Source of the DNA: Lophium mytilinum
Lineage: Eukaryota
DNA length: 64,000 nt
NCBI GenBank assembly: GCA_010093605.1
Contig: MU004181.1
Location: 558,001-622,000 of the forward strand
Direction of reading: 5' to 3'
The position numbers and the translations under genes were made by a program. Each line of letters begins with the position of its first letter. Within the stretch, counting starts at the first letter, position 1. The notes beneath the pieces were generated by a model. That model ran no database searches and was not told where the DNA came from. It saw only the letters and a program-made list of their open reading frames with translations. This document shows, in pieces, positions 48,597-58,852 of the stretch.

Positions 48597-49378
48597 CTAT
48601 TCATGTGGGCTCTGGAAGAGCTTTCCACGGGCTGCTTGCACGAGAACGTGTACCGCAAAGATTGGAAACGCGCAGCCACATTCCTCGAATTGAGCAGTCC
48701 CAGTCAAATCAGCGTGAAGAACGACTCTAGCAAGCATCATACCAAGCTCAGAGTCTTTCTCGATCTTGCCTTTGTAGACATAGTGAATCAAGCTCCATAA
48801 TGTATGAACCGTGTTACGGCTCTCCCAATCCTCTTCTTTGGCGTCCTTGATCGGTCTAAGAAGAACGCCAGCCGCGGTTTCGGATGCGTGCAGAGCCTGG
48901 GAATGAAGCGGTGCCATTCCATATTTCTCGGCAGTCTCGATGATGGCGACTAAGCGGACTAGGTTGGGGTAGGGGTTTTTGTCTGTGGGGCAACAGAAAT
49001 AGTGCGTGTAGTCCTGGCCTAAGTGGTAGATGCAGCGGAGAATCGTTTCAAAGATGGCAGGCGTGTCGCCGTAGAGGTCAATGATGGTGGCGCTTTTGTT
49101 TGCTTCCTTCGAAACGCGCTTGTTAGCTTCTTAGCTGAGTAGTTGAGGGGGTGAGCATATACCTTCTCGGAGATTTTAGCCTCGAACCAAGTAGACTCCC
49201 GGCAGAGGATGATCTTGTGCGCATGGAAATCCATCTGGCCATGTTTGTCGTGCAGGCGGAGCGTGATATCCGAGAAACGAGGGTCGTTGAAGTATCTGGG
49301 GAAGTTAGCATTGTAAGAGAGCTTTCAGGATGCATCGCATGTCGCGCAGACTTACGTGGGTTTGCCTTCGAAGTCCAT
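48597..49378 (-). CDS. BTB/POZ-domain protein M, ~221 aa
   Basis: Exons 49378-49356, 49295-49163 and 49106-48597 (AAG acceptor). YFNDPRFSDITLRL..FHAHKIILCRESTWF..IDLYGDTPAIFETILRCIY..IIETAEKYGM. Confidence 0.82.
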
Positions 49379-50517
49379 GATGGTGGTGATAGTCAGTGGG
49401 TTGCTGAAAACTGGGTTTCGGATGCTCACACAGGGGGGTTTAAGTAGAATTTTTGAACGGATGTCAAATGCCTGGTCACCTGGCGCAGGGCGGCTGAAGT
49501 GGGGACGCCACACTCAGATGCAATTCACCGTGTCATACAGATGTGATGTATCATTCCGCGCAAGGGAGATTGGGGGAGGATGCGAAGAACTTTTCGGAAA
49601 GAGCGGTGCGATACCAGCTAGACTCGGCGTGTAAAGAGAAGCGTTCGACGGAATAGGAGGACACCGCGTAGTCATGATCGACGTGGAAGAATTCGATAGA
49701 CTTCCCAGCGTCCTCAATGTTCCTATGAGACAATGAGGTCAGCTTTTTGCTGAACCGTCCTCGCGGCTCCAATGACCTTCGAGCAAACTCGGCTTACTGG
49801 GCATTGAGGGCTAGCTTTTTCATCTCCGCAAGCTCCATGACAGCGAGAGTTGAGACAGCCTGCGGGCCGGGAACTGCGGTGTTGTAGTCACGATGAAATT
49901 GTCGGAATGTAAGGTCAAGTTGCTACGCGGTATATCATACACTAAGACGGCACGATGAAAAACCATTCAGCCCCCTTCGCTCGAACACTGAGTTTGGCAG
50001 TGAATATGTTGCTTCTGGGAGAACTGCAATTACGGTCCACTTATTCTAGCTTCAACCTTGGATGGACATCCGGAGAGATCCCGAACAGGACTACCCGCAT
50101 AAGATGCTGGGATTGAAGAGATGAAGAGATATGACATCACAGACACGCTGTGCTCATGGTTTAAATTGCTGCCGTCGTGGACACGGCATGTAAACTGTGA
50201 GGTAATTGACATTAGATGGTGTGAGCGCGGTCTACGGAAATCAGTCCTGCAGTGCCAAGTCTGGAAATTTCGCTTCCTCAAGATTCCAAAAAGCTGGTAT
50301 TCCACAACATGTCAGGTCTTTCGGAGACTTTCTAGACTAGTCGCGTGTTTGAAGTCCTTTGATACTGCTACGCCAAGCAAACCAGAGGGTTTACATAACT
50401 TTGGTGTGGCCCACTTGCTCAAACGTCCTCCTAACATCACAGTCTCCTAAGCATCAACACGAGTCATTTCTACTTCCTTAAAGGGCTGGTCAGAACTCAA
50501 AACACTTTATCTACAAC

Positions 50518-51836
50518 ATGACCTCCCGAAAGCGAGAGGGATCGCCCATAGAGCAGCAAGGCTCTATAAAGCGGCGTCAGCATGGCATCGATACGAAGAT
50601 GGAAAATCCCGACCTTCCACTTGGAAAAAAGATGAGTGTGAAAATTGATGAGCTGACAAAATTGTTGCGTACTCAGCATACGCGCCGGCAGGACGAGCTT
50701 CAGGCCATCAAGAATTCCTTGGCTTTGTGAGTCCAGCTTTAAGGGCAGATACGGCTGCCTTCCATAAACCGCTACAAGGCTGACACCGAACAGATACTAC
50801 AACGAAACCGAGCTCTCTGACGTCGAAATACGTCTTCTTGATGTTCGTGGTGATGTGATTGAAGGCTCTCGGTATCGAGCGCACCGTTTAGTTCTGCATC
50901 AGTCGCTCGTCTTCGGGGAGTTGCTCTTTGCTCAGGAGCGACATCGGGTCCCAACAGACTTGTCTCGCGTATAGTTATCTTGGCTTGACGATGTTGAGAG
51001 GAAACTTACTTTAGTCATAGGAACCTTACGTTGAATCCATTCTACGCGTACCAGAGCAATCTCTCAGAGACATCGAACAATTCTTCCAGAGCACGGCAAA
51101 CGATCCCAGTGCGCAGACTGATCGAACCGAAGACACGATTAGAGCTTGGCTCAAGCTATATGCCGACCACGTGGTGCAGAACGAGTCACAGTAGACACCG
51201 AGCATGGATCCTATGCGTGGAGTTGTGGTAAAAAAGACTGTGGAGAACGACGTGACAGTTCTCAACATACAGGGTGTAGGAAAGGACGGTTTCGAAGAAG
51301 TATTGCGGCTCCTCTATGATAGCATACATGACTCAAAGGATCCCGAAATTTCCGACGAGGACGGACTTACGAACGAATTCCAGCGGAGTATGAACAAAGC
51401 AATCGTAGCAACGAAGTTTCAAGTCCATGCTCTGCAAGTTGCTTGCAGCGAGCGCCTCAAGAATGCTGCGACAAAATCTATGGAACGTGCAAACGGGATT
51501 CACCAACCAGACAAGATGGACGAATTTCACACCGCTCTCAGCACTGCGATATGTTTGTACTATTCCAATGCACCAGCCTCATCTCCACACGACCCGATCG
51601 GCCGTACGATCAGTGACCTCGTGACAATCGATGCGAAGGAATTTCTCAAGACAGAAGACTTCAAGGAACTTGTCGCGATGTTTCCTGACTTCAAAAGTCA
51701 TATGAAAATTACAGGAATTAAAGTCGGTCTTACGTCCGAGTTTACATTAGTGGAGCAGCCGCCCATCCAAAATATGTCAACAGGCGAGGCGACAGCAGAT
51801 ACCAAGTCAGCGCCGGGAGGTTTATTGGGCACCTAA
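50518..51836 (+). CDS. BTB/POZ-domain protein N with an N-terminal extension; possibly disrupted
   Basis: Exons 50518-50726 and 50794-50968 give YYNETELSDVEIRL..YRAHRLVLHQSLVF; the last exon has FEEVLRLLY..VATKFQV. Using the acceptor at 51020 leaves an in-frame TAG at 51192-51194. Confidence 0.65.
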
Positions 51837-52094
51837 CGTAACCTTCGGTCAACTACGAGGTCTCTGAAACCGAAGGGGCGACGTCGTAAGAACTGGTGAT
51901 TTGCAGAAGTCTGGTCATCCGACATTTCTCCTTCCATGATTTGCTTGGAGCTGAGCCACATTCTGTACATAGAGATACCTAAGTAGAACTATTTCATATC
52001 TTGAAAACTGTGATGTTTAGAGCCTTGTCGTTTTTAGCTCGCTTGTACTAGTTCAATCCACTCAAAGAATACTAGCTTTCCGTAGACCATGGGA

Positions 52095-52306
52095 TGACTA
52101 TGTCATAAGTTTGGGCACATGAATCTCTATCTGCTTCGACCCTGTTGCTGCTCAATCGACACCACTGTAAAGACTCCTCCAGCTGTCCCGTATTACCTTC
52201 GCCAATAGGCAGTCCAATCTCCACTACATTGGTCTTCATAATCCTTTTTGAATTCAAACCCCTATCGATTTACCCCAAGCAGTTGCAAGCAGTGTCAAGA
52301 TTTATG
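52095..52306 (+). repeat. Array-associated dispersed repeat, copy 4
   Basis: TGCTGCTCAATCGACACCACTGTAA (copy 1: TGCTGCTCACTCGACACCGCTGTAA), with CCCCAAGCAGT at a similar spacing. Confidence 0.68.
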
Positions 52307-52661
52307 TCTCGGTGCTGCAGTAATGAGTGGATGTGAGGAACGCCCGACTTTCACTTTCTCACAGGCTAGTCACATGATTTAGACCCGGCTCGGCGTCGCT
52401 CCGACCAAGGAAGTGATTCACTCTTGATAATCTGTGGTGGTGATTGATTTCAAACTCTGCGGTCTATATCAACACCTACAATCTGCATGCGACACACTAC
52501 CCCTCTACCAATCGCGTTCTCCGAGTCACACACCCCAGAACTCGTACCCACCAGATTTTCGGTACACGCAAATTCCCTTCGACCCTACCAAAGAGTGCCC
52601 CCAGGTCAAATTTCAGCTACAACCACTCCCTAACCACACCTTCCCTGCGATACACTGCATT

Positions 52662-54188
52662 ATGTCATTCAGCAATACAGGCGGGGGAAAGCGAGCGGAG
52701 GCTTTCGACAAAACGGATATATCGACGGCAGCCCCGAGGAAGCGAATTAAGAATGAAAATGAACGAGCGGAGGAAAAGACGCCATGCCATGGAGGCGCTA
52801 CACTCCTCGACTTCCCTGCCGAAATCATCGATCATATCGCCCAATTCCTACCGCGAAACAGCTTCCTCGCTCTTCGAGCCACCTGCACCGATCTGCAGCA
52901 GAAGACGGACTATCACTTCTCGCGGCGTCATCTGAAAGAGAAGCACGTTGTGCTGAAATTTAACAGGTCACGTGCAGGCCTACTTGCGCTCGTCGAACTC
53001 GCTAGCAACGCGTCCTTTGCAAATTGTGTCCAAAAGGTAGTCATTGGCATGGACTGCGGGTACTATCCGTACGCTGTCCATCGTATCACCCCTCATTCTT
53101 ACAGGTACAATACCGGAAAATTAGGCTGGCCGGCTTACTTCCTTGATCCTCCGCTTGAGCAATCGAGAAGCGACGGAGGTGTCGCGGTCGCGATGAGTGT
53201 CTTATTCGCGTCTCTTGCGGCATTGCCTTCCCTCGAAGTTCTCGAATTCGTTGATGCGCCTGACAACGCAGAGGGCACCCTCCTACCAGCCCAAGACATC
53301 CTTCACTCCCAGCGAGCGAAACCATTCGTTGACCTGTCGTGGTGCAACCGCTGCAAGAAGCCTTCCGTCTTTGGTCAATGTGTCCACAAGACCATGCTTT
53401 GCAAAGCCGTGGCCCATATGACAGAGTTCAGAGTAGATCTACCCGATCACACACACGCCCTAGGGCTTTCAAGTCTCTTGCCAGACATCAAAGCCACTTG
53501 GCCTGGCGAGCACGGGAGACGTCTTGAATTAGACTTACTGCGTGAAATCCACTTCTCCGGTGAGCACGACTCGTTGTATCAGTACGATCGGTACTACTGG
53601 AGCCTGTGGCAGGATCTCTTCAATTACTCACCACAGCTCGAACATCTCAACCTGAATGGAAGCATGATCCCATCTTCCAGATTATGGGACCAATGCTGGT
53701 CTTCAGTCAACCTTCCATCTGGCTTATTGACATCATTGTCACTTCATGGCCTCAACATCTCCTCAAACAAGTTAGCCGCCTTGTTTCAGCAGAACGGCGC
53801 CTCGCTACACCACGTCAGCTTAGATGGTGTCATGCTCACTCGAACGACTTTTCCCTATCAATTTCCACCTATAGATGTTTTCCTTAACGTACTAGCTCAA
53901 TACGCGGAAAAGTTAAAGTACATCTTCATTCGCGCGATCTTCCACAAGAACCGACCTTATCTCTTTGGTGACGAAACCTCGTCGGAAAGACTGCAAGCCT
54001 ACCTCTCTCATGAAAGCAAGCGGGTTAGGGATGAGAACTTTTCAATTTGGCGCTTCTCCGGCCCAAATGCTCAAGCCACGAGCAACTCCCGGGATCTGAC
54101 CGGGTGGAAGTTCGAGGGCGAAGAGGTGGAAGCGGGGCTTGTATTCCTGCGTGACAATGCGCGGCTTGCGCCTGATAATTGGCTCTAA
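52662..54188 (+). CDS. F-box-like protein, array member F
   Basis: First ATG at 52662. PRKRIK; LLDFPAEIIDHIAQFLPRNSFLALRATCTDL; RSRAGL; WCNRC..GQCVH; SRDLTGWKFEGEEVEAGLVFL. Confidence 0.82.
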   Translation: MSFSNTGGGKRAEAFDKTDISTAAPRKRIKNENERAEEKTPCHGGATLLDFPAEIIDHIAQFLPRNSFLALRATCTDLQQKTDYHFSRRHLKEKHVVLKFNRSRAGLLALVELASNASFANCVQKVVIGMDCGYYPYAVHRITPHSYRYNTGKLGWPAYFLDPPLEQSRSDGGVAVAMSVLFASLAALPSLEVLEFVDAPDNAEGTLLPAQDILHSQRAKPFVDLSWCNRCKKPSVFGQCVHKTMLCKAVAHMTEFRVDLPDHTHALGLSSLLPDIKATWPGEHGRRLELDLLREIHFSGEHDSLYQYDRYYWSLWQDLFNYSPQLEHLNLNGSMIPSSRLWDQCWSSVNLPSGLLTSLSLHGLNISSNKLAALFQQNGASLHHVSLDGVMLTRTTFPYQFPPIDVFLNVLAQYAEKLKYIFIRAIFHKNRPYLFGDETSSERLQAYLSHESKRVRDENFSIWRFSGPNAQATSNSRDLTGWKFEGEEVEAGLVFLRDNARLAPDNWL

Positions 54189-54300
54189 TTGGGAGTAGTA
54201 TTGAGCGGAGAGAATGGAGAATTTGCTTAAATGACTTTGAGTGGGTGTAGGAAGTTGATAGATCACGATCCGAACAACGAATTATCATGGCTTGCCTCCG

Positions 54301-54480
54301 ATCTTGCTCGCTCGATGCCACTGTGAAAGGTAGCCCGGCTATTCAGTCGCTAGTTAGTCAAAGGGCAGTCTCATTGACACTGCTTAAAACTCGACGTCGT
54401 CCTTGGGATATTGAAAATCTGTGAGGATACACCAAGTGGTGGCGAAGAATTGTGGCCAGCCCTACGATCTATCCCTGTAC
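54301..54480 (+). repeat. Array-associated dispersed repeat, copy 5
   Basis: TTGCTCGCTCGATGCCACTGTGAAAGGTAGCCCGGCT..TTAGTCAA..TCGACGTCGTCCTTGGG..CCAAGTGGTGGCGAA. Confidence 0.75.
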
Positions 54481-54640
54481 TAATGAACTCAGACTAGAGA
54501 ATATATCACTATTGCCGACTCATCAGCGGGCTCAGCGTAGTGACTGATGATGTTATGATCTATCATGCCAAATCCAGTCTATGCATAATCTAGCGCTCGC
54601 AAGCTTCTTCTCTAGTACATGATTCACCGTAATTCCTAGC

Positions 54641-55955
54641 CTACATGAGCATCTCGTCCATATTACTCAATAAGAATTCAATACCCGGCCGCACGTCCTC
54701 TCCTTCAAACCTCCATCCACTCTTCAGTCCTACCGCGACTTCGGCATGCTTCCACGTCTCCCAATTGTCCTCAGGCCGGCTTATGAAGAATGGAAGCACG
54801 TAGAGAGACTCCAACTTCGTACATTCGAGCATTGAGGACAGCACAGCGGAATTATGATCGCTTGAAGAGTTCCTGAAAAAGACGCATTCTAAAGAAATAT
54901 GCAGCAAAGAGTCCTTGCAATGCCGTAATAGGCGACAAAAATCGTTCTGTCCCACACGGAAACCATTGAGCGTAAGCGTTGTGAGCCTGTTTGTAGCATA
55001 ATGATGGTTCGGGATGGGGTACCATGTAGTAACATCGACCTCGAAGACCCTGCTTCTTCCTACGGGGTTGGCATTGGCGTTGAAGCTTTCTAGCTTTGAG
55101 GCAAATTGTAGGACGTAGTTGCAAAGGTCTTTTAGCGGCTTGTTGTCCTCGTTGTTGTCAGATCCGATCAATGGTGACTTTGGCGAGGCGTGAAATCGTA
55201 TCTCCCGTAAAGAAGGTAAGCGGTTCAGGTCTGGTATCTCCGCTAAAGCTCTGCTTGGTATGACGTTCTCAAAGCCGAAAGCCCTACTGGTCGTTGAGAA
55301 GAATTCAGAACCTCCCGCAAACCGGCATATTGCTCTGCAGAGGGTCGTAAAATGAAGACACTGGCCAAATACCGGAGGCTTCTGGCACCTGTGGCATAAC
55401 CAGGTATCTCCTACTCCCACTCGACCGTAGCTCTTATTGCCTAGGATAGTCCGATTCTTAGCGGGCACTTGCTTGATCTCAAGTGATTCCAAACGCTGGT
55501 AGATCCTCCAGAGCTACGAAAAGCATGAACATGATCACGCTAAACGAAGCGGCCCATGACTGCGTCCTATCGGGGTCTTCAAGGTACTGGGTCCAATCAA
55601 TCTTCAAGACTCTGGGATAAAAGACAACGCGAGTCTCGTCGTCGGCTTCGAGTTCCAGTACCACCTTTCGAGTATGCGGCGCAAAGCTGTAGTTCGCTAG
55701 TTCAATGAGAGATTGCAGACCAGCCCGAGACTTGGTGGGAAACGAGACCCGCTTCTCTGCAAGATGGCCACGTTCGAAGTGATAGTTGGCCCTTTGCTGC
55801 AGGGCTTTGCAGGTGGCACGGAAAGGTAAGAAGGAATTTCGAGAGAGGAATTGGGAGATGAGGTCGATGATCTCTCCTGGGCAATCGAGGATATGGGTAT
55901 TGCTTGACAGAAGCTCGTGTGGAAGCTCTGATATATGCTCCGCCATCCCTGACAT
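54641..55955 (-). pseudogene. F-box-like protein, array member G, frameshifted
   Basis: ILDCPGEIIDLISQFLSRNSFLPFRATCKAL; KSRAGL. One extra base at 55491-55493 breaks LPA|LESLEI. CHRC..GQCLH; SGWRFEGEDVRPGIEFL. Confidence 0.8.
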
Positions 55956-56250
55956 GTTCCCCTGTGTTTGGTTTCTCTGCCAGAGCGTAACAGAACGCGT
56001 GGGTGGTGGGGGGGGTGTAGTGAAAGGCCAGTGGACGAGTTTTGGCCAAGGGGAGATCTTCAGTTATGACGTAAGGCTTGTCATAGTATGTTTATCCATT
56101 CACGACGGAGAAAATCTTCGGTTCACTTCCAGGATTCTAAAGCTATCGACCGGTATCGTCTCAATCTTCAACTACCAAGGTGAATTCCCGTCCACTACTC
56201 CGCATATGGACCTACATGTAGAATTTTTCAAAGGCTAAGAAGCTATACTG

Positions 56251-56480
56251 ACCACAAGTCTAGGCACACTAGCTCGATACCGCATGGGGTTCCGGGTTCC
56301 CCCACAGGATTGTGAAGATCCAAGGGTGATGTCGAGGTTCAAGCAGTGCAAATTGGCATACCTCTTGACTAATTGGCTGCTCGATAGCCAGGCTACCCCC
56401 GACAGTGGTGCCGAGTGAGCAAATTGGAGCCAAGCTTCAATGAGTCTATGTGCGCAGACTGGTGGCTTAGTACTGTAACT
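56251..56480 (-). repeat. Array-associated dispersed repeat, copy 6
   Basis: Minus strand TTACAGTACTAAGCCA..TTGCTCACTCGGCACCACTGTCGGGGGTAGCCTGGCT..ATTAGTCAAGAG..TCGACATCACCCTTGG. Confidence 0.78.
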
Positions 56481-57122
56481 CGTCCACCCTTAACGCTGAA
56501 GCGGGATGACCATGGTACCACATGTCACCCAGTGTCTGAATGAAGTTGAGAAATGAGGTCTTACAAATTCCGCAACATGTAGCCTAGATAGACGGTGGTA
56601 AACGGTATATTTACCCTTTGAAATAGACGTGAGTAGACTTTAGCGAGACTGCTATAGAATCATTTCAAATAAATTCATCATTACAACATAGAGAAGTTAT
56701 CTATCAGGAGATGCTAAGAATTTCTCGAATTGCGCTTAGGGCATTATATAATTATATACTATCCCAGGCTAGCGTAGCTACACATACGCTATCACGTATG
56801 CTCTATATACTTGATATGAAGTTCTACTTCTGGAGAATAGAGTCATGATGGCCAGAAATCACGAGAGGATATTCGCGGTCCAAAAAGGCCGACGCCAGGT
56901 TGATTGCGGCAGAAATTGTAGGTTACGATTTATTAAGTGAGCTAAAAGCGGTCCGTGCTCATCACGCACCTGTCCTCCTACTGGTCTCCAGCAGGCCCTC
57001 CATCCTCCTCCACCCTCCTCACTCCTCACCCAACCTTCACCATCCACATCTCTTAAGCTTACTTCTATAACTATCGGTGAGGCCAACTGCCAGGCTTCTT
57101 CACCTCTTCCGCCTTCGACACC

Positions 57123-58490
57123 ATGCCCATAGTCAACTGCCCTAGCGAGATTGTGGATCTCATCGCACAATTCCTGCCTCGTAACAGCTTTCTGGCTCTG
57201 CGACGCACATGCAAAGATCTGCACAAGAAATGCGAATATCATCTCACAACGAGACATCTAAAGCAGAAACGCGTCATCCTCGCAAAGCAGACGAACGCCG
57301 GCTTGGACTCTCTCATTGGCCTTGCGCATCATGAATTATACGCGGCCCGTGTGCAAAAGATCGCTCTTGAGTTAGAAGCATACCACCTTCTTCCGGTCAG
57401 CAATGAGGACTGCGCCTGCTGGGAACCGGCACCAAAGACGCCAACAATACGAAGTCGAAGGCTCGACATCGCCATACTCCTATCGTCGCTTATGGAATTC
57501 CCGAATCTGCAGGTCTTGGAAGCAGTGAATAGATTCTCAGACTCTGCTATCTCGACTGGCCAAACCAATAAGACGTCCTTCACTGAATGGCTATCTACTG
57601 CCGCCTATATCGATAAAAATCCTTCTAGACTACCTCTGAGGCGTGGTACGCACCTCGCCACGCTTTACAACGCCCTCATAGCACTAGCAGGCACCAGTGA
57701 GAACCTGGGCCGGATAGCGGTGGACCATGGCGTCTCTTCCACTAGACTTTCCGCGCTGGCACAGGACAGAGCTGCATACAATCAAGCGTCACCTATGATT
57801 TATGGTCCATCCAATGGCATCTGCTTCAGCTCGCTGCAAGAGATCACGATCCAGGCCAACCAGGCAATGATATATCACAACGCCTGCCACGAGATGAATT
57901 TCCTCGAATACCTCCTCCGCACCGCCCCGCGATTGGAAAAGCTAGTTCTGAACGGCGGTTATATCGTCAACAACGAAATAACCAAAATATGCTATGATAC
58001 AATCATGGAATCTATCGAATGGAACCCAGAAATGTCTGTCTGGGCATCAGAATGCCTCACGTCGCTCAATCTCGGGAATCTGAAGATTTGGAGGCTGGAA
58101 GACTTGTTTACAAGGTATAATGGCACGCTTCGACATGTGATGCTACATGGTTTGGAGCTTGTTAACGCGTCAATGAGCTTCGTTGCACTCGAAGACTGTG
58201 CGGAGCTTGAGTCGCTGGCTGTTCACGCTATTTGTGATCTCGATCTCTACTTCGCCATCTATCCTTGGGCCTTTGGAGACGGCGAATCGCTGCAAGAGCT
58301 GAGGCAGCTCTTTTATTTGAAGACGAGGACCTTCTGGGAGGCTCAGCAGATGTGGGCGGAGGCCAAGGTGCCGGACGGCACAGATCCAGACGGCGATCAG
58401 GACATGACAGGATGGAGATTCGAAGGATCGGGCGTCATGGAGGGAGTTAGGTTCCTCGCGGCCAACGGGAAGAAGGTGTATGGGTACTGA
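57123..58490 (+). CDS. F-box-like protein, array member H (455 aa)
   Basis: IVNCPSEIVDLIAQFLPRNSFLALRRTCKDL; TNAGL; no central CxxC; DQDMTGWRFEGSGVMEGVRFLAANG. Confidence 0.82.
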   Translation: MPIVNCPSEIVDLIAQFLPRNSFLALRRTCKDLHKKCEYHLTTRHLKQKRVILAKQTNAGLDSLIGLAHHELYAARVQKIALELEAYHLLPVSNEDCACWEPAPKTPTIRSRRLDIAILLSSLMEFPNLQVLEAVNRFSDSAISTGQTNKTSFTEWLSTAAYIDKNPSRLPLRRGTHLATLYNALIALAGTSENLGRIAVDHGVSSTRLSALAQDRAAYNQASPMIYGPSNGICFSSLQEITIQANQAMIYHNACHEMNFLEYLLRTAPRLEKLVLNGGYIVNNEITKICYDTIMESIEWNPEMSVWASECLTSLNLGNLKIWRLEDLFTRYNGTLRHVMLHGLELVNASMSFVALEDCAELESLAVHAICDLDLYFAIYPWAFGDGESLQELRQLFYLKTRTFWEAQQMWAEAKVPDGTDPDGDQDMTGWRFEGSGVMEGVRFLAANGKKVYGY

Positions 58491-58852
58491 ATGGATAAGT
58501 GGTAAAGTACACTCTCGGTAGAAGATAGCTAATTGGTTCACACGGGTCGAATCAGTCTTGGAAGGCTGTACTGTCACTAAGCTTCAGCAGACAGCTTGGA
58601 ACAGATATCGTAGCATTAATGTCCATGAAATGTTGGAAGGGCCACTCCATGCAAACCACAATGCAACAGAAACTTGTGTCATTGTTCAAAAAGGTAGAAA
58701 AAACTCTCCATGTAGAACAATTTGTCCTTGATTACCACTCGCTCTCTTGAAACAAACATGGGGAAAGCTCATTCGTTATGTGCCTCCCCGGGCATGATCT
58801 GCTAAGAGCAGGAAGCAAACCCGAAGAAGAGAAACCTTCAATCACAGCAAGC

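Noticed and set aside
50121..50450. 109-aa ORF between BTB genes M and N
   Set aside because: No motif or coding-like bias; probably promoter DNA.
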